Positions 49,210 through 59,315 of a stretch of DNA of 64,000 nucleotides are shown piece by piece. Made by a program: the position numbers and the translations under genes. The notes under the pieces were generated by a model, which worked only from the letters and a program-made list of their open reading frames with translations, did not search any database and was not told where the DNA came from. This DNA comes from an uncultured Candidatus Saccharibacteria bacterium (lineage in GTDB: Bacteria > Patescibacteriota > Minisyncoccia > Phycocordibacterales > G965230995): contig OZ246398.1 of assembly GCA_965230995.1 (NCBI GenBank), positions 211,768 to 275,767 of the forward strand, read 5' to 3'. The number at the start of each line of letters is the position of its first letter. Positions within the stretch are counted from its first letter, which is position 1.

Positions 49210-49692
49210 ATGAAAAAGAGTTTTTCTTTTGCTAAAGATATTACTGGAGAATTCAAAAAATTTGCTTTACGCGGAAGTGTTATTGATTTGGCAGTCGGTG
49301 TCATAGTCGGAGCGGCTTTTAACAAAATAGTTAATTCGCTTGTGAGCGATATTATTATGCCTCCGCTTGGGTTTATCCTTGGTAGAGTAGACTTTTCGGA
49401 ACTGTATCTCACTTTATCTAGTTCAAAATTTGAATCACTAGCAAAGGCAAGAGAAGCTGGGGTTCCGGTAATTGCTTATGGGCTATTTATAAACGCGTTA
49501 ATTGCTTTTGTAATCACCGCATTTGCAATATTTATTGTAGTAAAATTCATAAATAAACTTAAAGACAAAAACGAAAAAGAACCAGAAGCAACACCCACAA
49601 CCAGAGCCTGTCCGTTTTGCTTTACTTCGGTATCGGTAAAGGCATCTAGATGCTCGGCTTGCACAGAAAAAATAGAGCCACTTTCGATGTAA
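49210..49692 (+). CDS. mscL: Large-conductance mechanosensitive channel with C-terminal zinc ribbon
   Basis: [21 protein letters not shown]; CPFC...CSAC tail. Confidence 0.93.
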   Translation: MKKSFSFAKDITGEFKKFALRGSVIDLAVGVIVGAAFNKIVNSLVSDIIMPPLGFILGRVDFSELYLTLSSSKFESLAKAREAGVPVIAYGLFINALIAFVITAFAIFIVVKFINKLKDKNEKEPEATPTTRACPFCFTSVSVKASRCSACTEKIEPLSM

Positions 49693-49720
49693 TAAAGCCA
49701 AAATACAAACGTCTATATAT

Positions 49721-50212
49721 ATGGGAGATATTGGAAAAAAAGATTTTTTTGAAAAAGTATATGATGAAATGGCGGATCCAATATACCGGCACTGTTTTTT
49801 CAGAGTAAACAATAAAGAAACAGCCGAAGACCTCGTTTCAGAAATTTTTCTCAGATTTTGGAGAGAAATTGAAAAGGGGACTGTTATAAACGATCCAAAA
49901 AGCTGGCTTTATCATATAGCACGTAATGCAATAATCGACTATTACCGAAAGAAAAAATCCGATTCTCTCGATTCTAAAATGGAGGATGGCTTCGAAGCAT
50001 CAAATCCCGAAGATAGTGAAAATATAGAAATAAATGCCGAAATCAGTCTCGTGATGAAAAGGATAGAAAACCTTTCTTCTGATGAAAAAGAAATAATCAT
50101 AATGCGTTTTATGGACGGACTAGAAGTAAAAGAGATTGCAAAAATAATCGGCAAATCACCAAATGCAACCAGTGTAGTAATTCATAGGGCAATAGAAAAG
50201 ATCAAAAAATAA
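49721..50212 (+). CDS. ECF sigma factor
   Basis: AEDL, WLYHIARN-x2-IDYYR, region 4 HTH. Confidence 0.92.
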   Translation: MGDIGKKDFFEKVYDEMADPIYRHCFFRVNNKETAEDLVSEIFLRFWREIEKGTVINDPKSWLYHIARNAIIDYYRKKKSDSLDSKMEDGFEASNPEDSENIEINAEISLVMKRIENLSSDEKEIIIMRFMDGLEVKEIAKIIGKSPNATSVVIHRAIEKIKK

Positions 50213-50213
50213 T

Positions 50214-51005
50214 ATGGAAAATGAAAAAGACATTGCGAATATGTTTCAGGTAGGGGATAGAATAAAGCTTGACCCGAAGAAAAAACAGGATATTAAAATG
50301 TCTATTTTAAATTCGCGTTTGGTTTTTGAGAAAAACAACTTTTTCTCGATGTCATTTGTCTTTAAATATGCGTATATTCCTCTTGCTTTGGTTTTGATTT
50401 TTGTTGGAAGTTTTGGAATAAAAATTGGAAAGGATAGCAGAGATTTGAAAACTGCTATGGAAAAGGTTGTTATGGAAAGCGATGGAAATTCTCCTGTGTC
50501 TATGAATATATCTACAGGCCAAGAAGGTGGTAGAGGAAGTGCGTCTGGTATGGGTGCGGGGGGAGAAGACGTATTCAGAAGCGCTCCAAAAATGCAGAGC
50601 GCAACTGCTCCTGTACCAGAATCTTTTGCGCCTGCTACTGCTATGGTATTGCCAGAACCCACTCCAGAAATAATTTTTGATTACAAAACAGAAGGTCTTT
50701 TGGGAGGATATGACAGATTAAAACCTATTGTTCTAAAAGTTATTGCTACAAACATAACATCAGAAAAACAAACAATCATATCAAACAAAGGTTGTGTTTC
50801 GTATTATGTTGTTGACTCATTCGATTCTAGGGAAGGAAGATCTTGTTCTGATGCGTATGGTGAAGCTGTAGTTGCACCGGGCGAAAATTTTGAATGGACT
50901 ATTGAAATTCCAATTCAAAATATGAATTTGTCTTTTGGAACACACACCCTAACTTTTGGTATTGAGAAATATTTCGAAAAGACTGCCGAGTTTGTGGTAG
51001 AATAG
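50214..51005 (+). CDS. Probable membrane anti-sigma factor
   Basis: Coupled to the ECF gene, single TM, C-terminal Ig-like domain with a Cys pair. Confidence 0.6.
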   Translation: MENEKDIANMFQVGDRIKLDPKKKQDIKMSILNSRLVFEKNNFFSMSFVFKYAYIPLALVLIFVGSFGIKIGKDSRDLKTAMEKVVMESDGNSPVSMNISTGQEGGRGSASGMGAGGEDVFRSAPKMQSATAPVPESFAPATAMVLPEPTPEIIFDYKTEGLLGGYDRLKPIVLKVIATNITSEKQTIISNKGCVSYYVVDSFDSREGRSCSDAYGEAVVAPGENFEWTIEIPIQNMNLSFGTHTLTFGIEKYFEKTAEFVVE

Positions 51006-51006
51006 A

Positions 51007-51873
51007 ATGATGAAATCTCTTTCTGGAAAAATAATTAAAAAAGAAATAGGCGAAGCTCTAAAGGAGAGGATTCAGGGTTTTGATGAAAAATTATCTCTGT
51101 CAATAATCCAAATCGGTAATAGAGAAGATTCTACTGCATATATAGAACAAAAAAATAAATTCGGCGAGGAAATCGGTGTGGATGTATCCATACACAAATT
51201 TTCAGAGAGAACTTCCGAGGACGAAGTAATATCTTTGATAGAAAAATTAAATTCTGATAATTCTGTAACGGGAATTATTGTTCAGTTGCCAATTCCAGAA
51301 TATTTGGATGAAAAGAGAATAATCAATTCTATTGATGTAGGTAAAGATGTTGATGGTTTGACTTTCAAAAATTTGGCTCTTTTGTATCAAAATAAAAGGG
51401 GGATATTACCTGCAACTGCAAGAGCCGTGATGACTTTGGTAGATTATTACGATATCGAAGCCTCTGGGAAAAACGTGGTTGTTGTCGGCAGATCAATGTT
51501 AGCAGGAAAACCTATTGCAATGTCTTTTTTGAATAGAAACGCAACAGTGACAATTTGCCACAGCCAAACAAAAGATTTGCCTTCGATAACAAAAACAGCA
51601 GATATAATTGTCGTCGCAACAGGGGTAAAACATTTGATTAAAAAAGAACACGTGAAGGACGGACAGATTGTAATTGATGTCGGAATACACAGTGTGATGT
51701 CTGAAAAGGGGGAATTAGAAATTGCCAACAAAAAATACACTGGAGATGTTGATTCGAAAGAAGTTTCAGAAATAGTAGAAGCCCTAAGCCCTGTTCCTGG
51801 TGGGGTAGGCCAGCTCACAGTGGCTTGTTTGTTTGAAAACTTGCTAGATGTGTACAGAGAAGCAAATAATTAA
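51007..51873 (+). CDS. folD: Methylene-THF dehydrogenase/cyclohydrolase
   Basis: GIIVQLP, KDVDG, GRS, PVPGGVG. Confidence 0.95.
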   Translation: MMKSLSGKIIKKEIGEALKERIQGFDEKLSLSIIQIGNREDSTAYIEQKNKFGEEIGVDVSIHKFSERTSEDEVISLIEKLNSDNSVTGIIVQLPIPEYLDEKRIINSIDVGKDVDGLTFKNLALLYQNKRGILPATARAVMTLVDYYDIEASGKNVVVVGRSMLAGKPIAMSFLNRNATVTICHSQTKDLPSITKTADIIVVATGVKHLIKKEHVKDGQIVIDVGIHSVMSEKGELEIANKKYTGDVDSKEVSEIVEALSPVPGGVGQLTVACLFENLLDVYREANN

Positions 51874-51935
51874 TTGTAATATTTTTCCTTTTCTCGCGTC
51901 TTAATAAATGTATCAATAAAATTAATATAAAAAAT

Positions 51936-52733
51936 ATGAATACACCATTTGAAGAAATGCAGGGAAGAAGTTCATTAAAAACAACAGCAATCGTCGTGCT
52001 TGCTGTATTAGGAATATTCCTTGTTGCACAAACCGTTGGAACTATACTTACATATAAGAATATAGACAACGGACAGTATCCATCAAAAACTATGACCTTT
52101 TCAGGAAAATCTGAAGTCATGGCAGTTCCAGATGTCGCCACATTTACTTTTTCAGTAACAAAAGAAGCTAAGACTGTAGATGAAGCACAAAAAATGGTTC
52201 AGGATATTATTTCAAAAGCAAAAGAAGCACTTGATAAATCAGGAATAGAGAATAAAGACATAAAAACAGTCAGCTATAATGTAAATCCAAGATATGAATA
52301 TACTGGTGGCACAGCCTATGTTGCACCAAAGAGAAATTTTGTTGGATATGAGGTGACCCAAACAACACAGGTTAAAGTTCGAGACGCAAGCAAGAGTGGA
52401 GAGGTTCTAGGAAAAATGGGTTCAGTTGGAGCCACAGACATAAGTAGCATAATGTTTGATATAGATGATAAAGAAGCATTGCAAAAGCAAGCAAGAGAAG
52501 AAGCGATAGCAGAAGCAAAAGCAAAAGCCGAATCTCTTTCAAAGGAATTAGGTATAAAATTGGTTGGAATTATAAGTTTCTATGAAGACAACAATAATTA
52601 CCCACAACCATACTACGCTTACGATTCAGCTATGGTAAAGGGAATGGGAAGTGCAGAGGCGGTAGCGCCAACACTTTCTCCAGGAGAAAACAAAATAATA
52701 TCTAATGTAAATATCACTTACGAGATAAAATAA
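51936..52733 (+). CDS. SIMPL (DUF541) domain protein
   Basis: PDVATF, DIKT, AREEAI-x2-AKAKA, PGE. Confidence 0.88.
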   Translation: MNTPFEEMQGRSSLKTTAIVVLAVLGIFLVAQTVGTILTYKNIDNGQYPSKTMTFSGKSEVMAVPDVATFTFSVTKEAKTVDEAQKMVQDIISKAKEALDKSGIENKDIKTVSYNVNPRYEYTGGTAYVAPKRNFVGYEVTQTTQVKVRDASKSGEVLGKMGSVGATDISSIMFDIDDKEALQKQAREEAIAEAKAKAESLSKELGIKLVGIISFYEDNNNYPQPYYAYDSAMVKGMGSAEAVAPTLSPGENKIISNVNITYEIK

Positions 52734-52744
52734 AAAAACAAACA

Positions 52745-52780
52745 AGAAAAGCGGGTTGCCTAACGGCAACCCGCTTTTCT
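52745..52780. terminator. Intrinsic terminator
   Basis: agaaaagcgggttgcc-taac-ggcaacccgcttttct. Confidence 0.85.
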
Positions 52781-52842
52781 AATCCACAATCTAATAAAAA
52801 TATCTCCAAATAAATGTTATTATTAATACAATAGCTATATTT

Positions 52843-55014
52843 ATGCACGAAGAAAGAATTTTAAAAAACAAAATAAAATCCTTCGTTTTTCCGATGGAAT
52901 TTTTTGCTGTTTTTATTTTATTTTTTCTTACATTTCCGTATTTTGCTTCTGCTGGTCAAGTTACACTACCTCCAAACAATCTCGGTCTAGTGGGGTATTG
53001 GTCCTTTGAGGACGCTACGGGTACTGTCGCAACAGATTTTTCTGGTAATGGCAATGCAGGAACACTCACAAACGGCCCTACATGGACAACAGGTAAAATC
53101 GGCAAGGCAGTGAGTTTTGACGGATCAAATGATTTTGTTGAAATAGCAAATGCCTCTAGTCTTAATAATTCAAATGGAACTATTAGTACATGGGTCTATG
53201 TCACTGAAACAGTCCTAGTCAACGCAGGACAAATAGTTTCTATATCAAATGGGGCATCGACACAAAACTATATTCAATTTTACTATTATAATAACAAGGT
53301 ATACTTTTCCCTTGCTGATAATTCTACAACCTTGTTTGGGTTTAATACCCCAATCAGTTACAGTCAATGGTTTAATGTTACAGTTGTTGGCGGGTCAAGT
53401 GGAAATGCAGTCTACATAAATGGTGTGGCAGTATCTCCAACTTATTACGTTGGTGATAATACTGTTACTGCGTGGCTGGATGACTTAACTAGTATTACTA
53501 ATGCAAGGATCGGTGCTACTAGGTACAACAATACAGACGATAATTTTTTTAAAGGATATATCGATGACGTCCGCATCTACTCCCGCGCACTCTCTGCCAC
53601 CGAAATCTCAAACCTCTACAATCGTTCAAGCAAAAACCGCACAATACAATCATCACAAAAGAATCTAGTTCCAAATGGTCTAGTAGGCTACTGGTCTTTT
53701 GATGGTTCTGATATATCAGGAACATCAGCATATGACAGATCAGGTAACAACAATACTGGTACACTAACTAATGGCCCAACAGTTGCGATTGGAAAGGTAG
53801 GTCAGGCATTGGTTTTAAGCGGTAATGTTGCTGTAGTAGATTTTTCTTTTAAAAATAGTCACAATATACCAATCGCGTATTCTTTTTGGGTAAAAAACAC
53901 ACTTGCTGAAACAAAATATTTATTTGCAGACATATCACAAACTGAGGGCATACAGTCCTATATTGATGCTAGTGGTAAATTTAATTTTCAGATTTGTTCT
54001 TCCGGATCTTGCTATACATTAACCTCAAATACAGCAGTTAATAATGGCAACTGGAGACATGTTGTGGTTGCCTGGGACGGAACAACAAATGTTAATACTG
54101 TTCAAATATACGTAGATGGTATTCTTGATGCACAAGGGACATCAACTAAAACAACAACCACGCCAGATTGTGGTTTTGTAATAGGTGGGTATAGGCCAAG
54201 TAATGCATGTGGTGCCGTAGAAACATTAAATACTTATGTTGGTTCAATTGATGAATTTAGAATCTACAACCGCGCACTCACCACATCAGAAATCAATCAG
54301 CTCTACAAAGCAGGTGAAGCCAAACTTCAAGCAACACAAAACTCTAAACTAACAAACGGTCTGGTAGGTCTCTGGTCCTTTGATGGTCCAGATATTTCTG
54401 GAACTACAGCGTATGACAGAAGCGGTAACGGTAACAACGGAACGCTCACCAACGGCCCAACAGTTGCAATTGGAAAAGTAGGGCAAGCACTGCAGTTTGA
54501 TGGAACGAATGATATCGTCGCCATTTCAGATAGCGCCTCTCTGGAACCTGGTGCAAGTGATTGGACAATTTCACTTTGGTCATATGTTAATGATATTAGT
54601 AGATACAACCAAGTAATGGGCAAATGGACAGCAACAGGAGAAGACCAGAGAACTTACGCTTTTGTATATGACACAGGAAGTAACGGCAAAATGTATCTCG
54701 TAACATCAAATAATGGCACTAGTGCCAAGGTGACATACAGTGATGGTGGGGCAATAGTACAACAAACTTGGCAACACGTTGTTGTGGTTAAATCTGGTAC
54801 AGAAGTCACATTTTACGTTAATGGAGTAGCTGTTGGAGACGATGGAACTGCAGTTGATTCAACAATGTACAGTTCAACATCAGGAACGTACCTTGGAAAT
54901 TATGAAGTCACCTCAAATGCATATAACTTTGGTGGGAAGCTCGACGACGTCCGTATTTACAACCGCGCGCTTTCCACAAGTGAAATACAAATGCTGTATA
55001 ATATGGGGAGATAA
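52843..55014 (+). CDS. Secreted triple-LamG protein (paralog 2)
   Basis: Same scaffold as 940-3165. Confidence 0.9.
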   Translation: MHEERILKNKIKSFVFPMEFFAVFILFFLTFPYFASAGQVTLPPNNLGLVGYWSFEDATGTVATDFSGNGNAGTLTNGPTWTTGKIGKAVSFDGSNDFVEIANASSLNNSNGTISTWVYVTETVLVNAGQIVSISNGASTQNYIQFYYYNNKVYFSLADNSTTLFGFNTPISYSQWFNVTVVGGSSGNAVYINGVAVSPTYYVGDNTVTAWLDDLTSITNARIGATRYNNTDDNFFKGYIDDVRIYSRALSATEISNLYNRSSKNRTIQSSQKNLVPNGLVGYWSFDGSDISGTSAYDRSGNNNTGTLTNGPTVAIGKVGQALVLSGNVAVVDFSFKNSHNIPIAYSFWVKNTLAETKYLFADISQTEGIQSYIDASGKFNFQICSSGSCYTLTSNTAVNNGNWRHVVVAWDGTTNVNTVQIYVDGILDAQGTSTKTTTTPDCGFVIGGYRPSNACGAVETLNTYVGSIDEFRIYNRALTTSEINQLYKAGEAKLQATQNSKLTNGLVGLWSFDGPDISGTTAYDRSGNGNNGTLTNGPTVAIGKVGQALQFDGTNDIVAISDSASLEPGASDWTISLWSYVNDISRYNQVMGKWTATGEDQRTYAFVYDTGSNGKMYLVTSNNGTSAKVTYSDGGAIVQQTWQHVVVVKSGTEVTFYVNGVAVGDDGTAVDSTMYSSTSGTYLGNYEVTSNAYNFGGKLDDVRIYNRALSTSEIQMLYNMGR

Positions 55015-55016
55015 AA

Positions 55017-57575
55017 ATGTTGAATCATAACAATAAACAAAATATTAAAATAAAGAATCTCGCACAATTCGCGAAGCGAATTGTGCCGGTTATATATTTC
55101 TGTTTAATTTTTCTATTTGCCATTACACTTCTACCTTCAATTACAAAAGCTGGACAAATTACTTTACCTCCAAACAATCTCGGTCTAGTGGGGTACTGGT
55201 CTTTTGAAGACGCCACAGGCACCAAGGCAACCGATTTTTCTGGTAATGGTAATACAGGCACACTTACAAATGGTCCAGCATGGATTGCTGGTAAAGTCGG
55301 CAAGGCGGTGAGTTTTGATGGAAGCAATGATTATGTAACTGTGCCAAACAGTTCTTCACTTGCTTTGGGAACAGGTGATTTTAATGTTTCTATGTGGTTA
55401 AAGACAACAACATCTGCAAGTTCATTTTTGTTGAATAAATATATTAACGGTGAGGGTCAATTTGCTATTCTAATAAACTTTGCCGGTTATGGAGGGTCTG
55501 GTGGAAAAGTTACTTTTTATACATATAAATCTGGATCAGAAGTTTATAGGCCATCATCGATAGCGGTTAACGACGGGTTGTGGCATCACTTGTCTTTTGT
55601 AAGAACCGGCACAACATTAAATATATATATTGATGGTGTTTTAAGTAATGGCACACAAACCGGAAGTACTGCTTTGGATGTTACGTCCACTGGCGCCTTA
55701 GGTATTGGTTATAATGGATATGATTCCCCTGACGATAGTGGGTATACAAATGGAACTCTAGATGACATTCGTATCTACTCACGCGCTCTCTCTACCACCG
55801 AAATCTCAAATCTCTACAATCGTTCAAACAAAATCACAAAAGTAAAATCCGGTGTACCAAACAGTCGTCTTGTTGGATATTGGTCTTTTGAAGATGGATC
55901 GGGCTCACAAGCAAGAGACTATTCTGGTAATGGTAATACAGGAACTCTGACTAATATGGACACTAGTGCAGACTGGGTAAGCGGAGCGGTGGGTACAGCA
56001 CTTGATTTTGACGGAACAAACGATTATGTAACGGTGCCAGATAGTAATAGTTTAGATTTTGGTACTTCTGATTTTTCTATTGCCTTTTGGCACAAATCAA
56101 GTGGAACAGGGGAAAGACCCATCTTTGTTAAAGTTGGCGATTGGGACACTGATCAGTCACCAGATAATGATAAAGGATTTATCATTGAACAGAATGGTAC
56201 CAATAAGCTTTTTGCCGGCCTCATTTCTAATAACTGGGGAAAGTACTTATATTCAGTTACAAGTTCCACAATCAACGATAATACATGGAGACATTTTGTC
56301 GTTAAATTTAATAGGTCAGCAAACACCATTGATATATTTATAAATGGTGTTGAGTCTGGATATACTACAGACAGTAGTGCTGTCGGTGGTTATAGCTCGG
56401 CAGATACAGTTACAAATACATATCCAATGCAAATAGGTGTCTTTATTCTGGCAGACTTTGATTATCACCAGGGCCAGCTTGATGATATACGAATCTATGA
56501 TCGTGCATTGACTACTTCAGAAATTACCAGTCTATATACAAACCCAACCTATTCAAACAAGGTAACCAAAGTAAATTCTTCGCAAAACAATAAACTCACA
56601 AATGGCCTTGTAGGTCTATGGTCTTTTGATGGCAAGGATATGTCAATCACAGCGGGAGGCGGGGTAGACTATGTTGTGTCTGGTGCAGACAATACTAATT
56701 ACAATGGCGATTACACAAACAATGGACAAACACAAGGCGGTCAACCTGTTTATGAAAAAAGCGGCGGTGGATATTATCTATTATTTGATAGTCAGATGAT
56801 GTTCTGGGCGTTGCAGGATTCAATTACTGAGAATCATCCATGTTCGGCATATATTCAATGGCAAGATGTGAATGATCCGATTGGTGCCGCTTGGGAAGGA
56901 TTTTGCGAAATGGGTACACCGACTGTAACTGCTGGTGGTGGAGGTGGCGCCGCCTCAACCATTGTATATGACCGTTCTGGTAACAATAATACTGGAACAC
57001 TTACAAATGGTCCGCAACCCGTTGCAGGTAAAATAGGTCAAGGGCTTTCTTTTGATGGAACAGACGACTATGTCACAGTTCCGAATAGCAACACTTTTGA
57101 TTTTGGCACAGGCCCATTTACTTTCTCTGCTTGGGCAAAAACTACAAGTACGGCATATAGCATGTTATTTCTAAGATATAATTCAAGTGGGGGTGGTGGT
57201 CAGATATTCATGTCATTTTCAAGAGGGGGTGGTGCCGATACTGGAAAGGTTGAATTATATACATGGAATTCTACACAGGAAGAAGTATATAGAAAATCTT
57301 CAGGTACCATAAATGATGGACAGTGGCATCATGTGGTGGGTGTAAGGGACGGTGGAACAATCACAATTTATGTTGATGGAGCAGTAAACCAGGGTACTCA
57401 AACTGGTAGTGCCACCATCAATGCAAGCTCTGATGGAACATTTGGTATTGGGTATAACAGTAACGAAGGGGGCGCACCAGGAGGCTATTTTGATGGCTCT
57501 CTTGATGATGTCCGTGTTTACAACCGCGCTCTTTCTATTTCAGAAATCAAACAGCTATATAACATGGGAAGGTGA
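55017..57575 (+). CDS. Secreted triple-LamG protein with nested insertion (paralog 3)
   Basis: Same scaffold; extra domain inside the third repeat. Confidence 0.9.
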   Translation: MLNHNNKQNIKIKNLAQFAKRIVPVIYFCLIFLFAITLLPSITKAGQITLPPNNLGLVGYWSFEDATGTKATDFSGNGNTGTLTNGPAWIAGKVGKAVSFDGSNDYVTVPNSSSLALGTGDFNVSMWLKTTTSASSFLLNKYINGEGQFAILINFAGYGGSGGKVTFYTYKSGSEVYRPSSIAVNDGLWHHLSFVRTGTTLNIYIDGVLSNGTQTGSTALDVTSTGALGIGYNGYDSPDDSGYTNGTLDDIRIYSRALSTTEISNLYNRSNKITKVKSGVPNSRLVGYWSFEDGSGSQARDYSGNGNTGTLTNMDTSADWVSGAVGTALDFDGTNDYVTVPDSNSLDFGTSDFSIAFWHKSSGTGERPIFVKVGDWDTDQSPDNDKGFIIEQNGTNKLFAGLISNNWGKYLYSVTSSTINDNTWRHFVVKFNRSANTIDIFINGVESGYTTDSSAVGGYSSADTVTNTYPMQIGVFILADFDYHQGQLDDIRIYDRALTTSEITSLYTNPTYSNKVTKVNSSQNNKLTNGLVGLWSFDGKDMSITAGGGVDYVVSGADNTNYNGDYTNNGQTQGGQPVYEKSGGGYYLLFDSQMMFWALQDSITENHPCSAYIQWQDVNDPIGAAWEGFCEMGTPTVTAGGGGGAASTIVYDRSGNNNTGTLTNGPQPVAGKIGQGLSFDGTDDYVTVPNSNTFDFGTGPFTFSAWAKTTSTAYSMLFLRYNSSGGGGQIFMSFSRGGGADTGKVELYTWNSTQEEVYRKSSGTINDGQWHHVVGVRDGGTITIYVDGAVNQGTQTGSATINASSDGTFGIGYNSNEGGAPGGYFDGSLDDVRVYNRALSISEIKQLYNMGR

Positions 57576-57680
57576 ACCGGATAATTTTGCAACATTTTAT
57601 ACCCCTTGACGTCTGGTTTTGTCGGGTGTATTATATATGTAATAGATTAACGCCAGCGGGGCGTTTTTTAATACAAAAAT

Positions 57681-57857
57681 ATGAAAATAATTGATTATAT
57701 AAAGGACACAAAAGCAGAGCTTAGACACGTAAGCTGGCCATCAAGAAAGCAGGCTATGGGTTTTACTGTTGTAACGGTAATCATATCAATAGCAGTTGCA
57801 GTCTATCTTGGAATCTTTGATTATATCTTTACACAGATACTTAGAATTACTCTTTAA
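57681..57857 (+). CDS. secE: Preprotein translocase SecE (not in ORF track)
   Basis: MKIIDYIKDTKAELRHVSWPSRK...YLGIFD, upstream of nusG. Confidence 0.93.
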   Translation: MKIIDYIKDTKAELRHVSWPSRKQAMGFTVVTVIISIAVAVYLGIFDYIFTQILRITL

Positions 57858-57882
57858 TTAGTTCTTTAATCTTCTTTAATTT

Positions 57883-58428
57883 ATGTCAAAACAAAAAATA
57901 CAAGAAGGGAGAAATTGGTATGTGATCCACACATACGCAGGATACGAAAACGCTGTGATGAACAATCTAAAGCAACGTATCGAATCTCTCGGTATGCAGG
58001 ACAAAATTTTTAATGTACTTGTTCCTACTGAAAAGAAAATCAAAGTAAAAGCAGGAAAGAGGGTAGAAGAATTAGAAAAAATATACCCAGGATATATTCT
58101 TGTTGATATGGTGGTTACTGACGATTCTTGGTATGTCGTGAGAAACACACCGAGAGTCACAGGTTTCGTCGGTTCTGGTGTTACCCCGGTTCCCCTAGGT
58201 AAAAAAGAAGCAGACGAACTATTTGCTCGAATGAATGCAGAGACTCCAACCCATAATATTGACCTTGCAATCGAAGACATAGTAAAGATCGCAGACGGTC
58301 CTTTCAAAGATCTAGAGGGTAGGGTAAGCGAAATTGACCAAAGCAGAGGAAAGGTTAAAGTCTTGGTTTCTATGTTTGGTAGAGAAACACCGGTTGAACT
58401 AGATTTCTTGCAAATAAAGAAGATTTAG
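57883..58428 (+). CDS. nusG: Transcription factor NusG
   Basis: WYVIHTYAGYE, PGYILV, GPF KOW motif, FGRETPVEL. Confidence 0.97.
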   Translation: MSKQKIQEGRNWYVIHTYAGYENAVMNNLKQRIESLGMQDKIFNVLVPTEKKIKVKAGKRVEELEKIYPGYILVDMVVTDDSWYVVRNTPRVTGFVGSGVTPVPLGKKEADELFARMNAETPTHNIDLAIEDIVKIADGPFKDLEGRVSEIDQSRGKVKVLVSMFGRETPVELDFLQIKKI

Positions 58429-58494
58429 GAATTAAAGGGGCAGAGCTAGACTTTTTTCGGAAAATACATATTATAAGCACTACAAAATAAATTT

Positions 58495-58917
58495 ATGGCA
58501 AAGAAAATATTAAAAAAGCTAAAATTACAGATTCCAGCAGGAAAAGCCAATCCAGCTCCACCAGTTGGACCTGCTTTGGGACAAGCCGGTATTAACATCG
58601 GAGATTTCGTTCAAAAATTCAATGCAGCTACTGCAAAAATGATGGGCGATATCGTTCCTGTTGAAATATCAGTTTACGAAGACAGAACATATACTTTTGT
58701 TCTTAAGACACCACCAGCAGCAAATCTTATTATGAAAGCAGCTGGTATTGAAAAAGGATCTAGCAAGAATGCACTATCTAGAGCAGGAAAGATAACAAAA
58801 GCTCAGGTAAGAGAAATTGCAGAGAAAAAACTTCCAGACCTAAACGCTCACGACATCGAAGCTGCTTCAAAAATAATCGAAGGAACAGCAAGATCAATGG
58901 GGGTAGAAGTTAAATAA
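58495..58917 (+). CDS. rplK: 50S ribosomal protein L11
   Basis: [22 protein letters not shown]. Confidence 0.97.
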   Translation: MAKKILKKLKLQIPAGKANPAPPVGPALGQAGINIGDFVQKFNAATAKMMGDIVPVEISVYEDRTYTFVLKTPPAANLIMKAAGIEKGSSKNALSRAGKITKAQVREIAEKKLPDLNAHDIEAASKIIEGTARSMGVEVK

Positions 58918-58923
58918 TACAAA

Positions 58924-58955
58924 AACACAAAAACCGCCTAGGCGGTTTTTGTGTT
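58924..58955 (+). terminator. Terminator directly after rplK
   Basis: aacacaaaaaccgcc-ta-ggcggtttttgtgtt. Confidence 0.85.
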
Positions 58956-58967
58956 ATCATAATAAAT

Positions 58968-59315
58968 ATGAATACAGAAACTATTCCAAATAAAGCAAAT
59001 GTAGAGAAGATATTAACTAAACAAGAAATCATTTCTTTATTAAAAGGCATTGCAGGTGAACCTACATATTATGTTGACAAACGTGAAGATGAAAGAGGTG
59101 TAGGATTGTGTTTCGTTGAAAGTAGTCCAGATAAAAATGGTGACTATCGAGTATATCAATATGCAAGAGCTGGCTTTACGTTGCCGATCACAGAGAAAAA
59201 ACAAGATGATGGTTCATTACCAGAGAGAACAATAATACAAGAAAGTAGTGTATTGGTTATTTATTATAATAAAGAAAAGGAAGTTATAGACACTAAGTAT
59301 TTTCCTTGTAATTAA
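58968..59315 (+). CDS. Hypothetical protein
   Basis: 115-aa ORF with upstream -10-like element. Confidence 0.55.
   Translation: MNTETIPNKANVEKILTKQEIISLLKGIAGEPTYYVDKREDERGVGLCFVESSPDKNGDYRVYQYARAGFTLPITEKKQDDGSLPERTIIQESSVLVIYYNKEKEVIDTKYFPCN

Noticed and set aside
940-57575. LamG paralogs as a DGR template/variable repeat pair
   Set aside because: Differences are not adenine-specific, all copies are coding and no RT is present.
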